Positions 1 through 12,084 of a stretch of DNA of 64,000 nucleotides are shown here, in pieces. The notes beneath the pieces are model-generated. The model made no database searches. It was not told the origin of the DNA and saw only the letters and a program-made list of their open reading frames with translations. The position numbers were made by a program, and so were the translations under genes. Source of the DNA: Asterionella formosa (taxonomy: Eukaryota); contig NKIB01013019.1 in NCBI GenBank assembly GCA_002256025.1, forward strand, positions 1 through 64,000, read 5' to 3'. The stretch's first letter is position 1; each line of letters opens with the position of its first letter.

Positions 1-452
1 CAGTAATAGTCTACGAGTTATGTTAAAGGCTCATCCTCCAATCAATGAAATTCCAAGCCCAAAATATTGTGGATACATGTTTTGCAGCTGCGTCATATGC
101 AGCTCGAGCTACTATTCATAGTATATTATGTATTTCACCAGGAGCATGGGTTTTTCAACGTGATATGATATTAAATATTCCTTTGATTACAGATTAACAA
201 TTAATACATCAACGTCGACAAGTGATAATTGACGAACGTTTACGTCGTGCTAATTTCCGTCGTCGATCTTATGATTACAAAGTGGGTGACGAGATTTTAA
301 TATTATTGGATAATCCTACTACTTTGGATGATCGTGGACGAGGTCCTTATACTATTATTCAAGTACATGCCAAGGGTACAGTTACTCTTCAACGCACTAT
401 GCACATTACAGAACGAATTAATATTCGTTGTATCAAACCTTTTCATAGGTAA
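1..452 (+). mobile_element. Ty3/Gypsy LTR retrotransposon, 3' end of pol (integrase C-terminus), truncated by the window edge
   Basis: Frame reads ...AASYAARATIHS...SPGAWVFQRDMILNIP...ANFRRRSYDYKVGDEIL...GPYTIIQVHAKGTVTLQR...ERINIRCIKPF*, which is the typical Gypsy integrase tail with a GPY motif. Confidence 0.8.
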
Positions 453-465
453 AAGTGTGGGAGAG

Positions 466-660
466 TGAGCAATCCTACACATCGATACAAATGTATATAG
501 GGTTAGGGTTATATCAAATATATCGGAGCTCAATAATGAGAGAACTCGACTAACACCTATTCTATACTTTGATGTCATTTCAGGAAACGAGTTGTACATA
601 AGGATTAATTAATAAGCTCATATATTCAATAAATACTACTACTTCTAGTTAGATACTTCA
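466..660 (+). mobile_element. Putative 3' LTR of the Gypsy element
   Basis: Follows the purine tract GGGAGAG just after the pol stop. Starts TG, contains AATAAA near 629 and ends ...TACTTCA. No second copy in the window to confirm the limits. Confidence 0.4.
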
Positions 661-1759
661 CCAGGTACTCCAGTACCACCTAAAACCAGTGTGTCATGTA
701 CACATATATTATTAAAAAAGTTACCCCTTGTTTCTACTCAAACTATTTTAGTAAAATTTCATGGTGCCAACAAATCACCATCTGTTTATGTACATATTGT
801 TGCACAAATCCTTTAATCGGCCCGCTCAATCCACGTCCTCAAAAGAAGCCCCCTGTAGGAGCAATATGCATTTTCTACACGAGACGATGCAGGCGACAGG
901 TGCATCGGTTAGATTAGAATATTTAGGCAAGTACTTAAAAACAAAATAGTGATATATGTGCAGCATTTCGGGCGATTGATTTACGTTGGCCAGCGTGATG
1001 AGGACCTCTATCCATGTGTGTGATATCGGCTATTACTACCAAAGCGATTCAGCTAAATAAATTAAGAAGCATGCGCTTCTGAACAAAAAATATTTCGTTC
1101 TACAGACGTCGAACATTATAGCTAACATTTTGTGCATCCCCAGATTTATGATGAGCTGGCCATCCATGTTGATGGTCTCATCATCCTCCCTTTTGAGGTT
1201 GTGAAGCAAGCAATTGGCGATGTATTGTTGCTGTTCTTGTGTTAAAACAAAATCTTCTATCTATGCCTATTAACTAACGAAGGATCAACGAAAAAAGGGG
1301 TTCTGGAGCAAACATTCCAATTGGGGAACAATTCTACGAAAAACTCGCCAAAAATATAGATGTCAGGTTCACCTATCTCTGGACTACTTAGGCTGTTGCT
1401 GACCCTGGACCAAAACCAAACTTTGGTATTGGTTTCAGTAACCCTAAAAAACATGCTAACTGGAGTGAAAAACCCAACACAAACGCGTTTGCTTTCGGGG
1501 ATTCCATGGTGCTAATATCCCAAGAATTAATTTACCTAAATGCATTACGTTAGGGAACTTTTTTCCAAAGTTACCTAAATGTAGGATTCCGTGTTGACTA
1601 CTTAGAATGTAGGAAGTAAAAACCCAATTTTTTTCGGTATAGAGTTGGTACTACACATGTATCATACATATACTGGCGAAAAACAGCAGTGTACCGGTTT
1701 GGTTCAAATATACCAAATGACCAAGATGTGTATGCATGTACCAGTAGGTATGTATAGTC

Positions 1760-1796
<37 letters not shown>

Positions 1797-1856
1797 AAAA
1801 AAAAAAAAATAACAACAACAACAACAACAACAACAAATTGTGGTAACAACAACAAA
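1760..1856 (+). repeat. (CAA)n microsatellite interrupted by a poly-A run
   Basis: Directly visible CAA tandem array with an A-run at about 1795-1809. Confidence 0.95.
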
Positions 1857-1859
1857 TTG

Positions 1860-3170
1860 TGGTAAGAATTGTACAAATGCACCCCACAAGAAATATTCAA
1901 TTACGTCTCTGTATTTATGGAGTCAAAGGTATCAAAAAATCATCTTCAGATTTTAAAGATCTTGCATGTTGGGACCTTGAAACAATTACCTCTATGATCC
2001 ATTATATAATTCATGAACTTCATCCAACTGATGCGAAGGTTATATTTGATCTGGATGAGAACCCAGAAAAGGGTAATAACAAACGGTATATATACCAAGG
2101 TGATTGTCATCCACTTCATCATGACAGTAACTACTGTATGTGTTAATTTATTATTGCAAAAGATCAGATGTGGAGGAAAACAACCATTTTTTGCATTATC
2201 GTGTTGCTATAAATGATGGATTATGTCAAGCCTGTGATCCAGGAAAAGATGCAAGTTTGGATGAACATTATGATCAAGTATTTCACCTTGCCCGTAAGTA
2301 CTGCATCATCCCTGGATGCGCGAAACAATTGGAATTGTTATGCACCGATACAGGATATCTTCCACAAGAATACCATGCACCTGAAGAAATTGGTTTATCG
2401 GAATCTTTCTATACTGGTACCAAAGTACGGCGCCATTGCAGATCATTATGGCCACTGAACATGATTCCATGTTGTTTTAACCAGAAGATGATACTAGTGG
2501 ATGGTCAAGTGGACGATTTACAATTGTGAAAGTATTGGAAACTCTATTGAAACTAGAAAGGAATGGCAAAACCAAATTTCTTGGCAATCGGGCACAATAC
2601 CGTTTGGAGACGGCGTCCTGGAAAGTTTTAAAACGTCAGGTGGTAGCAACAGATCGAACAGACGATTTGTTATCTGTTACATCTGACCCACCAACCAAGT
2701 CAACATACATTAATCTTGAAACATTTTGGCCTCAAATGACAACGACAAACATTCGTGAGGATATGTTTCTGTTGGAAATAACTGTTCTTCAATTTTGTAT
2801 CGACAAAATTTTGAGCTGCCTCCTATTTAGATTTAAAAAGGTTGAACGAAGTATTTGGAAGACTTCCTTGCAATTCATATTTCAAGAAGGATGATGTTGT
2901 CAAGGTGAAATCCATGATCCAACAAATGAATGAAAAAGTTGCTCCCTTCAGATGGCATAATCATGCACCTCTTGGCCAAATTTCTGGATGCATCAAAATT
3001 GACAAAAAGTTGAAAACATATTTTTAAGTGATGATAGCCCTTCTGGAATCAAATTGAAAAAGTTTACAGACTCATGTCGAACTGCAGTTGAAAAGTGGAG
3101 AAGTAAAATTTCGAAAAGCACGAAAAGGACCATCTTAGGTTCTTTGGGAGTGAAAAAGAACAAATAATGG
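1860..3170 (+). pseudogene. Degenerate ORF of unknown function, converging on the Plavaka transposase (possible accessory gene of the element)
   Basis: Chain of overlapping + strand ORF fragments (1859-2146, 2140-2529, 2526-2894, 2842-3027) that link up through frameshifts. No motif recognised. Confidence 0.35.
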
Positions 3171-3299
3171 GCGGACCATTGGGATCATCCAATCTCATCA
3201 TTCCTCAAGACATTTTAGTTCGTGAAAACCTTCTAATAATTTAACTAGTATGTGAAACTATATTATCACTATTATTTGTATTATTCTTGTGTATTTATC

Positions 3300-6200
3300 A
3301 ACGTTTGCTTTTTAGTTTTTGGTCCCACCCGATTGATTTCCATAAATAACGTGGAGGCATGGCAACATAAAATCTGTATCTGTTCCAAAACTTCTTGCAG
3401 TTTCAGAGATTTCCTTGATTCCTGTGTTTTCAAAGCAGGAACAACAAATGCTGCCGAAAGTATCATGTTATGAAATTCAACAACGCTCAATTCAGTTGTA
3501 TCATTGCATAAGGTGTCTCCTCTTGCAAAAAACATACGTTTATGAATTTTCATTTCAATTGAACTTTTCAAGGAATGGATACACGCTAAGAGAATGGTTG
3601 TTTCGTTGGAGAAAATAACATTTCCCCAAAGAAGTAGTTTTGCCAGAACTGAACTGTGTAGGAACTTGATCCATCTCCTTTCTCCCAGTTCACTTCAACC
3701 CAGTCAAACCATTCACGACCAGAGATTCTAGCATTTGAATCCTTATTCCATTTCGGATGGCTGATGGCATCTGAAAATAGTAGTTTGGCTGGGAACGTTA
3801 CTTTCAATTTTAACATGATAATAAAAGTCAATTCTTACAATGGAAACAGCTCTGGCCCAACCCCATATTCAAGACCTTATTTTTGCTATTTCTATTGCTG
3901 AATTCGCAAGGCTCTTTACGTAGTTGGCCCCCTTTGCTTGGTAAATCAGGATGAACCAACTGAGACAAGGGTGCATCCTGACTCCGTGATACATGCCCAA
4001 TCTGATTAGGGACACCTGCTATAGTCCATAGACCAATTGATGATGAAGCAGAAAGCGAATTGAACTTAAACAGGAAGGGATGGTGAATGGATCTTGGTAG
4101 GAATCGACATACTAGGCAACATCCTTGTATTTTGAATCATTCCCTCGAAATCAATTTCTGTTGAAATACCCTCAGCTAAATTCATATGTACTACTTTACT
4201 CATCTTCTTTTGTTTGTTTTCTGTTTGTAATGTATCAATTGCAAAAACAATTTTTCGTGCCAAGGAAAACTGCCTTGTTTCATATGACCTTGTTAAAATG
4301 TCATGCTTTAATCGATGTAATTGTCCATTGACACGCTTACTGGGTCGTTTCAATTTGCCTTTCAAAAAATTCTCCAAATATCTACCAAAGAAGTTAAGAG
4401 GAGATCCGAACTTCCTAATCAGATGAGGGTTATGTTTCATTCCATGAAATTTCGCCATTCGGAAGCCTATTTGAGATATAATTTCCCATTGGGGACCAAT
4501 CATAATCTTAGTAACTGACATAAATCTCTTCACCCTTTCCCCTAAATTATCAATACATGTTGATGTATATTGTGGTATGAATAAAGTGTCATTGATAGAT
4601 ATACATAACCATAACAGCAATGTGAAATCCTTTTCTAGTAGGTGCATGTTCTCTGAACCCATCATTCCACCCATTGAAAAAATAGCTAGTTAACAGACAG
4701 AATCCGGGAATTTCTTGCCCTGACATTTTGGACAAAACTGCCATGATCCCAGATTTGTATGACAATTTTGGAATATCACGATCGCTTTGCCTTGCTTTCC
4801 AAATGACTATTGATATATCTAGCACTTTGTTCGAAGTATAGTATAGTTTCGAAAATACATTTCTGGTGCTGGTACAAGTGTTAGGTCTTGATTTTTATGA
4901 GTGTTGCTAGATATTTTTGGTAACTGGTGTGTGTGTCCTTTTTGGTCTTTGCCCATTTCTTCGGTTGCTTTTGATCAAGAAAAGCAGTGTCTGTTGTTTC
5001 AGTGATACGTTTCTGATCAGAGATGCTCTCTGGAATATCTGGAGATTTTCTTTCTTTAAAAAAAACATGTCCATTCTTCAGGGATATTCCGATAATTGTA
5101 CAATGATTCCAAAATGTACTTGTTAAATATTCCAACTAGTAATTGGGCATCACTCGTTTCCTGTTGCGTATTTGCCATTAGATTTTGAGACACGATAATC
5201 AGGTGGGATAAATGGTAGTTTTCCCTCTGGATATGCATTTTTGTCAAGAACTTTGTTTAAAATCTTTTTAACATCTTATCCTTTACGACGTTCACATCCA
5301 ATATCGGGCCAGGCAATCACGACAAACATATCGTCGATATAATCCATTACCACCCCTGAAACCACAAATTTTGTTGTGCTCTTCTGCATCACCAATGATC
5401 ATTCCGATCTGGAAATAAACTTTTGTCATACCAAGACCATGAACCCAAATATCGTATGACTTGTTTGGATCGCTCTTCGAAAGGCGACAAGAGAAATCCT
5501 GTAAACAGAATGGTATAATTTGAGTCTACATTAGGACAAGTCGTCACCAGATAATTTATTATTCATTTGTTTCTCCAGATTACTGACTTCAATGTGGGGG
5601 TCTGGCAAAAGAGATACCAATTGCCATCCATCAACTTTTTTCCTTCCTTCTAATGTTAAGTTTAACGTTGTCGACAAAAACGGATGCTCGGAATGTTTCA
5701 TTTGTTTATCAATGGCTAGGTGAACCATCACTGAAAACTGCTAGGGCAACTAATAAACACCCTGTCTTCAACACTCCATTTTCTGATGCAGGAGAATTGT
5801 TGAATGCATTTTCAAATCCAGTTGCGAAAGTTACTTCGTCATATATGCATGCGTTCTCCACAAGTTGTAAGTTTCACTTGTGGGTGACATACAAAATATT
5901 ACATGATATCGGAATCATGTAACAATCCTGCCATGAGCTGTACTGGTTCGAAATAATGGAGTGTGCGTGGGATGATCATGTTTGAATTGCTTGTTATCAT
6001 TCTGTATTTGTTTGGTCAACAGTTGACCACCAGCTAATGTTGGTGGAAATGAAATATCCATGCGTTTCTTCAAAGTCTGCTGGTAGGATGGAGCTTGATA
6101 CCTTCCATCAAAATATTTCATTACTTTGGCCTTGAACAGCCATTTCATTAGATGATCAAAGTAAACTGGTGGAAGGTAATTCTTGTTAAGGAATAACATT

Positions 6201-6370
6201 AGTTCTAATTCGATTGGATGCGCAAATGTTTAGGGAATGTTTACTTGGAAGTTGAAATTGAGGAGGAAGGGGCATTTCCATTGCATTTTCAGGGAGAAAG
6301 CCGGTGTGATCTTGGAAATCTGAATATTGCATGGTCTCTGAATTGAATCCTTGGAGAGTTTTTAGTCTCA
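3300..6370 (-). mobile_element. Plavaka-type (CACTA/EnSpm-related) transposase pseudogene
   Basis: Ordered, frameshifted motifs on the minus strand: LPPVYFDHLMKW, FSDG...HPFLSTTLNLT...GWQLVSLLP, YHSCLQ, IGMIIGDAEEHNKICG...CRDC, ARQSDRDIPKLSYKSGI, KFHGMKHNPHLIRKFGSPLNF, HPKW...WFDWVEVNW. Confidence 0.75.
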
Positions 6371-6512
6371 ATTGTATGAAAATGAATTATTAATATTAAA
6401 TTTAGCATCACTCTGATCATGCTGTGCTGAACAATACAGAGTCGTGAAATTATCACTCCACCATAGTAGTAAAATTGGAGGTATACCGCTACATACAGTA
6501 CAGGCGCCACTA

Positions 6513-7936
6513 CTAGAGCAACGTCAATGTTTTCCTAACATTGATCAGGGAATCAACAAAACGTGATTGCAATTCACATTGTGCCCAAAGACTTAGTTGA
6601 AATTTGGTCACACCAGATTTGTCTCCTGTTAAAAATGGTTCTCCACGTCTTGTCCTGCCTATAAAATACTCTGGAGCAAGAGCATCACGCCAGACTTGGT
6701 ATCCTTGGCTTCCCCTGTCAATGTCCTTTGACGTTACAAAACGACAAAGCGTGAACGCCCACCTAATAGAGTCATCAATATCCATAGTCTGGAAGTTATA
6801 TTCTGTTAGACCAGCTGGTGTGTCATGAATTATGTCAGTATTTTTAATTCAATTATATTTGATAAGAATATAAAACATCATGCTTTCAGAGCATCTCCCA
6901 CCCTGCAAGAACTTACCTAAGATTCCTTTAAATTGATTTTTCAATACATTCTGACATTCTTTTGCTCTACTTTTAATGCACATGCCATCAAATGTTGATT
7001 TGACGTAATCTAAACATGCCTTGTTGATACGCTGAACGGTCTGATTCATCGGAAGTAGTGCATCAGAATCATTCCATATGAAATCGCTTGGCAAGCTCTG
7101 GGTCGCTCTCCACTTCTTTGCCTAACTCCGTTTTCACTGTGTATAGCCGAGTTAGGCAACATTGGGCAAACCAATCCTGTTTGTGATTGGAAATTCCTTT
7201 CATGTTACTTGGACCAGATAGGGCGGGATACTTGAGTCTCTTTTGGGACCAGGAAAAGCACATTAGATTGATATTCTGTTTTACAGTACCTGCAATTCAC
7301 AAACTATAACCTCAAACTTACATGTCCACAGCCAAACTTCTTGGTCTTGAAAATAAAACTCGCTCACAACCTTTGTTACAATTGATGGATCGGTTCAATT
7401 TTAGCAAAGCGGGAACGACATTCTGATAAGGCTTCTGAAATAGAAGATTCTTGATAACCTCATATGGACAAGCGAGTTTTGAACCAAACTACGACCTTTG
7501 TAGTGATTGAGTTCATTGACCAATTGATAAAATCCTTTGGCAAGTGCAAAATATTTTTCCCTCAGTCTGTTACATACTTGTTTGTCTGTGCAATTAGAAA
7601 ATTAATAATATGGTACCCTGTTGTGGTCCATCTGCAACCGGGAGTTATTAATGACATTATCGACAGGAGCCATTTTCTTGTAGCAACAACTGAAAAAGAA
7701 ACGTCATCATCACTTTCAGTATCAATTAGGGGATCCTGTGTAGCTGATGGTGTCCCCATTGACAATGGGGTAGTGCCCCCACAAATTTCCTGTTGCCGAT
7801 TGGGTTCCTTTGGATAATCGCCTATTCGCTTTTTCTTTGTGAACTCATTTTGGTACTTGCTTCTTTGTTCCATACCGGCAGTATTTGCCACATGTCGCTT
7901 GCTTCCATTAACCTCTTTATGGTTTTTTGAAGGCAT
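6513..7936 (-). pseudogene. Degenerate ORF of unknown function upstream of, and co-oriented with, the Plavaka transposase
   Basis: Successive minus-strand ORF fragments (7562-7936, 7069-7263, 6849-7094, 6513-6785) with protein-like composition. No family recognised. Confidence 0.35.
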
Positions 7937-8099
7937 TGTACTACTGCTAGATAACTGTTCTCTTAAGTTCGATGAAGTTGTTGCTACAATAAGCGAAATG
8001 AATCATCAGCCACTACATATAATATTTTACGCTGTCTAGATACAATATCATAAGACCAACAGTGCTAATTACATTATCTTACACCAAATCAGAACCAAG

Positions 8100-9815
8100 T
8101 TTGAGTAATAGTAGCAGATCTTGCTTTCAATTTTACAGTCATACGATCCTGAAACTTTGATGATTTACATTCCCACTGCAGTAGCAACAGTCCTGAACAT
8201 ATGGTGTTCTGTTGCTTGCTTACTACTCCGATTACCGCATCATGGGTTCTACCAGACATGCATGCCATATTGAGAGTGCCTTTGAATTTTATAAATGTAT
8301 GACACTTGACACATTTATATGTTTACAAATTTTATAACCATATACATGGCAAATATATTTGAAGCTGCTGCTCCAGTACAACAGTATTTCGTGCGGGTTG
8401 ATGTTCAATTTCACCCCCAACAAGCAAAGGCTGTTTCTCCATTCTACCAGATTTTGTCATTCCCATTCTCAAGAATCTCCAAGCTCACCCTGAAGCCCTT
8501 CGTCAATGGTCTCATCACATGTCCTTCAAACTTACCAGTTCATTCCTACCGCCCATGCTCCATGCATTTGCTGTGCCACTATCAACAAGAAGGAAAATGT
8601 CTTAATTTCTTCGCCAAGTTGATGATTTTGCCATTACCAGGCAGCACTAACAATAAACAGCTTTACACCCAACTTTGCGATTCTCTTGATACCAACCTAC
8701 TTGTATCCATGATACGCCAAGGACTTTTGACACACTATAATTGCCTTGACATCGTTCAAACTCATACATTGTTCATCACTATACACTATGGTTGTTCTGA
8801 CATCCGTAAACTCCTTTCTAATCATGGCTGGGATGATATGAAACCATACATTTGCATATTCCTGCTGATAATGAATATATCCACACCCTTGGCACTGCTC
8901 CTACCAATGAGGCTGCATGCACTGCCATAGTAGAGAAAGCCCATTCCCGGTATTGTGGTGCTAGTATTGGGGAGCTTATCTGGGCAATGATCACTTGTCG
9001 CCCTGAACTCAGTTTGTTTCCAGTGGTCAAGCTCAATCAGTCTTCTACCAGTCCTTCAGCTTTATATAACATTACTGTTAAGTGTGTCTTTCATTAACTT
9101 TCTGGTACCATTGAACATGGCCTCACCTATTGGGGATGAGTACTGCACCCCACTTCACTCTCCCTCCTGTGTCTTCTACTTCTTTGCTTTCCCATCCACA
9201 TGATCAACATTGCCTCCATGATGTTTCTGCTGCCACTGAGCATGCATTACTCTCCAATTTTTTCTTTGGGTATGTTGATTCTGACTGGGCTATGGATATC
9301 CATCACTGTTGTTCCATATCAGGGACTATCTTCAAACTTACTGGTGCTACAATTGCCTGCAAATGTTGTGTCCAACCCATAGTCTCCCTCAGTTCAACTG
9401 AAAGTGATTTTCTTGCTGCAAGTGATGCTGGAAAAATCGCCCTCTACCTTTGCCTCATCCTAGATGAACTTCATGTTCCACAGACATATGCTACCATACT
9501 CTAATAGCTACTATGAGGAGGACAACCGTGGTGCCCTTCTGATGGCACATGCTGGCAAACCTTCTAAACAGTCATGGCACATTGACATCCATCATTATGC
9601 CCTAACTGATTAGTTTGAACGTGATCTTGTTGCCCTGGAAGATGTTGCCTCTGGGTTCAATGCTGCTGATACAATTTCAAAGCAAAACTAGAGTTATCCT
9701 GTTTGCCTGCCATCTTGACACTATCACTGGCTGTCTTGCTCCACCTTTTGTCTCCCTCTGTCCCACTTGATTCTTCCCTCAAACCTGCCTTTTGAGCAGG
9801 GGGGCTGGGGGGGGT
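8100..9815 (+). mobile_element. Degenerate Ty1/Copia pol remnant (RT C-terminus + RNase H) ending in a polypurine tract
   Basis: Motifs IGELIWAMITCRPELS, GYVDSDWA...SISG...VSLSSTESDFLAA, EDNRGA...HIDIHHY...NAAD..SK. G-rich PPT GAGCAGGGGGCTGGGGGGG near 9795-9814. Many stops and frameshifts. Confidence 0.85.
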
Positions 9816-10124
9816 TTAGTGTGACATCCATTGTGCTTTGCTGCTTTGGTACTTTCAGTACTACATGGTACCTAGTACCACCTAAAAACTGCCTTGAACC
9901 TCTATTTCACTACGTTCGATCGATTAGGTGGCAAGCAGATTGTAATATGAATTCAATTAATAGTTTGATTTATATGCAAAATGATTCAATCGACATTGTC
10001 ACATTTTCGAAAAGATGGGGCGGTGTAATCCCAAGCGTCAACGAACCATTTAAGAAGGACAATAACGCAGCCAAGTCTATTTCTTGTCGTCAGTGTACTT
10101 TGTAACGATGCTGCAATGTACCAT

Positions 10125-10610
10125 TTATAGGGATGGCATTTTCCTTGATTGAAACTTGACGAGTGAATCATTAATGATCCGAGAGATGCAAGGAGAAGGT
10201 ATGATTTCCTTTGAAAGTTCAGCTATGATAGGAGAAGTGATGTTCTCGTCCGATCCGTTCTTGTCAGCGGCCGTTTTGGATTTGTTCCCTAAAATTCCCC
10301 CGGCCTTCTCGCAATCCATACGAAGGCAAAGATCTGGCTGATCTCTCTTAAAGAGAGGATGGTGAAAGGCTCCAGTATCAGGTCCTTTTCTGATCTGATG
10401 AAAGCCCCATCGATTTAGTTTGCGCTTGAACGAAGAGTACTTGAGAGAGGTGTCAGGAGAGAAGTAATGTGGCAGCACTCGTGAACAAAGTTGATCTGGC
10501 CGAAGAATGACGAAACATTCTCCTTCTGGCAGCCAACAGATTATGTCTGAGAGGATTGGATCGTCTAAGATGACTTGGAGTCGTTGTGGAAAGGTGTGTT
10601 TCGCTGACAT
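10125..10610 (-). CDS. Heat shock factor (HSF-type DNA-binding domain) transcription factor
   Basis: TFPQRLQVIL...IICWLPEGECFVI...VLPHYF...KYSSFKRKLNRWGF...AFHHPLFKRDQPDLC is a canonical HSF DBD. ATG at 10610, but an upstream exon is possible. Confidence 0.9.
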   Translation of the reverse strand: MSAKHTFPQRLQVILDDPILSDIICWLPEGECFVILRPDQLCSRVLPHYFSPDTSLKYSSFKRKLNRWGFHQIRKGPDTGAFHHPLFKRDQPDLCLRMDCEKAGGILGNKSKTAADKNGSDENITSPIIAELSKEIIPSPCISRIINDSLVKFQSRKMPSL

Positions 10611-11504
10611 GATATGAGCAACAAGACAGACAGTGATCAGCAACAATTAATAAATCACCCTCACACAACACGGACAATTTTTTGAAAGGTTCCTTGCTGT
10701 AGCCATGTACTTGCTAGGTGTACCAGGGGATAACGCAATGTGCTGTGTGAAAGCAATGTAAAATTGATAAATTCATTTACATGGTGTTGTAGCCGTGATC
10801 CCATAGTATAGTAGAATAATGCTGAAAGTGCAAACTGCGCCGGGTTGGACGTCGACATGAGAATTCTGATGGAATATAATACTTACCGGTATATAAAATA
10901 CATCTGGACATTTTTCCGCAGCTTGTAGCCGGGAACCTCGAAGAAAAGGCGACGCAAGGCTACCTCTGCGGCAGGCCAACGGAGGTGTGCAGACTCCGCA
11001 GATGGCGGAAACGCATCCGTCTGCACGTGCGTTGCGGTAACATTGCCGAAATGACGATTTGGACAACTCGGCTATGCATGCCTGTACATCCGATTCTAAA
11101 ACATATAATTGGGCTAGCTCGGATAGCTGTTATCCATGATTCGTGATATGATTGTTTTGAATACTACTTTGCTATTTTAGGGTCAAACTCATTCCCACAA
11201 CCTCAACTCCCACAACCTCAACCCTCCCCCCCCTTTCCCAATCCAAAAAAATTGGGGAGTTTTACCGGAGAGCTACCAGGTACATAGATTTCGTCGGGGT
11301 CGTCAGATGCGCGCAAAGAGCGATCAAACAACATGTTTGTGGACCCCGGCCAGTGATTGTACTAGTTAGTACCTGTACGGGAATAAATAAAGCGGTACAT
11401 ACCGGGTACATGTATAATAAACATAGTCTACTCGCTGCCCACATCCTTGTATACATAGTAACTAACGATTCATAATAGACTACCGCAAATGTATGCTTAA
11501 ATAA

Positions 11505-11840
11505 TAGTAACAATTGACTTTGTGTCAGTATGTGTTCTGCAAGCATACCGTTCAGCTACTGATGCTGTAGTCTATCTCTACTTGATGTACGACAGTTATG
11601 TACAAACTACTCGGGCTTTAATCTGGCAAGAACTCATGGAGATATTGTCATTGTGGTCGAGCGCCATTTTGCTTCTGCCGATTTTCTTATTTTATTTATT
11701 TTGCAATGAATAGCAAAAATCTAAGTGAATGACACTTTCAATAATTGCTAGCAACATGTGTATTCTATCTAAGCAACTAATGAAAGTGTTAGGCAGTTTT
11801 ACAAAATCGAATTTAAAAATCATTTTATTATGGTCCATTA
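11505..11840 (+). repeat. Dispersed repeat, with an inverted copy at ~52130-52610
   Basis: Shares blocks such as CTACTTGATGTA.GAC.GTTATGTACAAACTACTCGGG and ATGGAGATATTGTCATTGTGGTCGAGCGCCAT with the reverse complement of 52130-52610. Confidence 0.85.
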
Positions 11841-12084
11841 TATGATGATGGGAAATTTCTCATGTTCGATTCATGAGCAATTGTATAATTATGTATGTAT
11901 TTATAGTAGTATAGCATATACCGGTAAAACATCATGCATGTTGTGTGTTGTGTACTGGTACCAGGGGTTCCAGCAAGTTGTGGTAATTGTGCTGAAACTA
12001 AAACTTCAACTATCTTTATCCCCTATTAAATTGTTCATTTAAGCAAAATGATCGCAACTTGCAGGTACCTGGTACCAAATATTT

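Noticed and set aside
1598..1900. ORFs with poly-Val/Cys/Leu tracts
   Set aside because: Translations of the (CAA)n microsatellite, not genes
9816..9880. 3' LTR of the first Copia remnant
   Set aside because: A PPT is present, but there is no clean TG start and no partner LTR, so boundaries cannot be supported
11194..11260. CCCACAACCTCAAC tandem copy and C-run as a telomere-like or structured element
   Set aside because: Only two short units; low complexity
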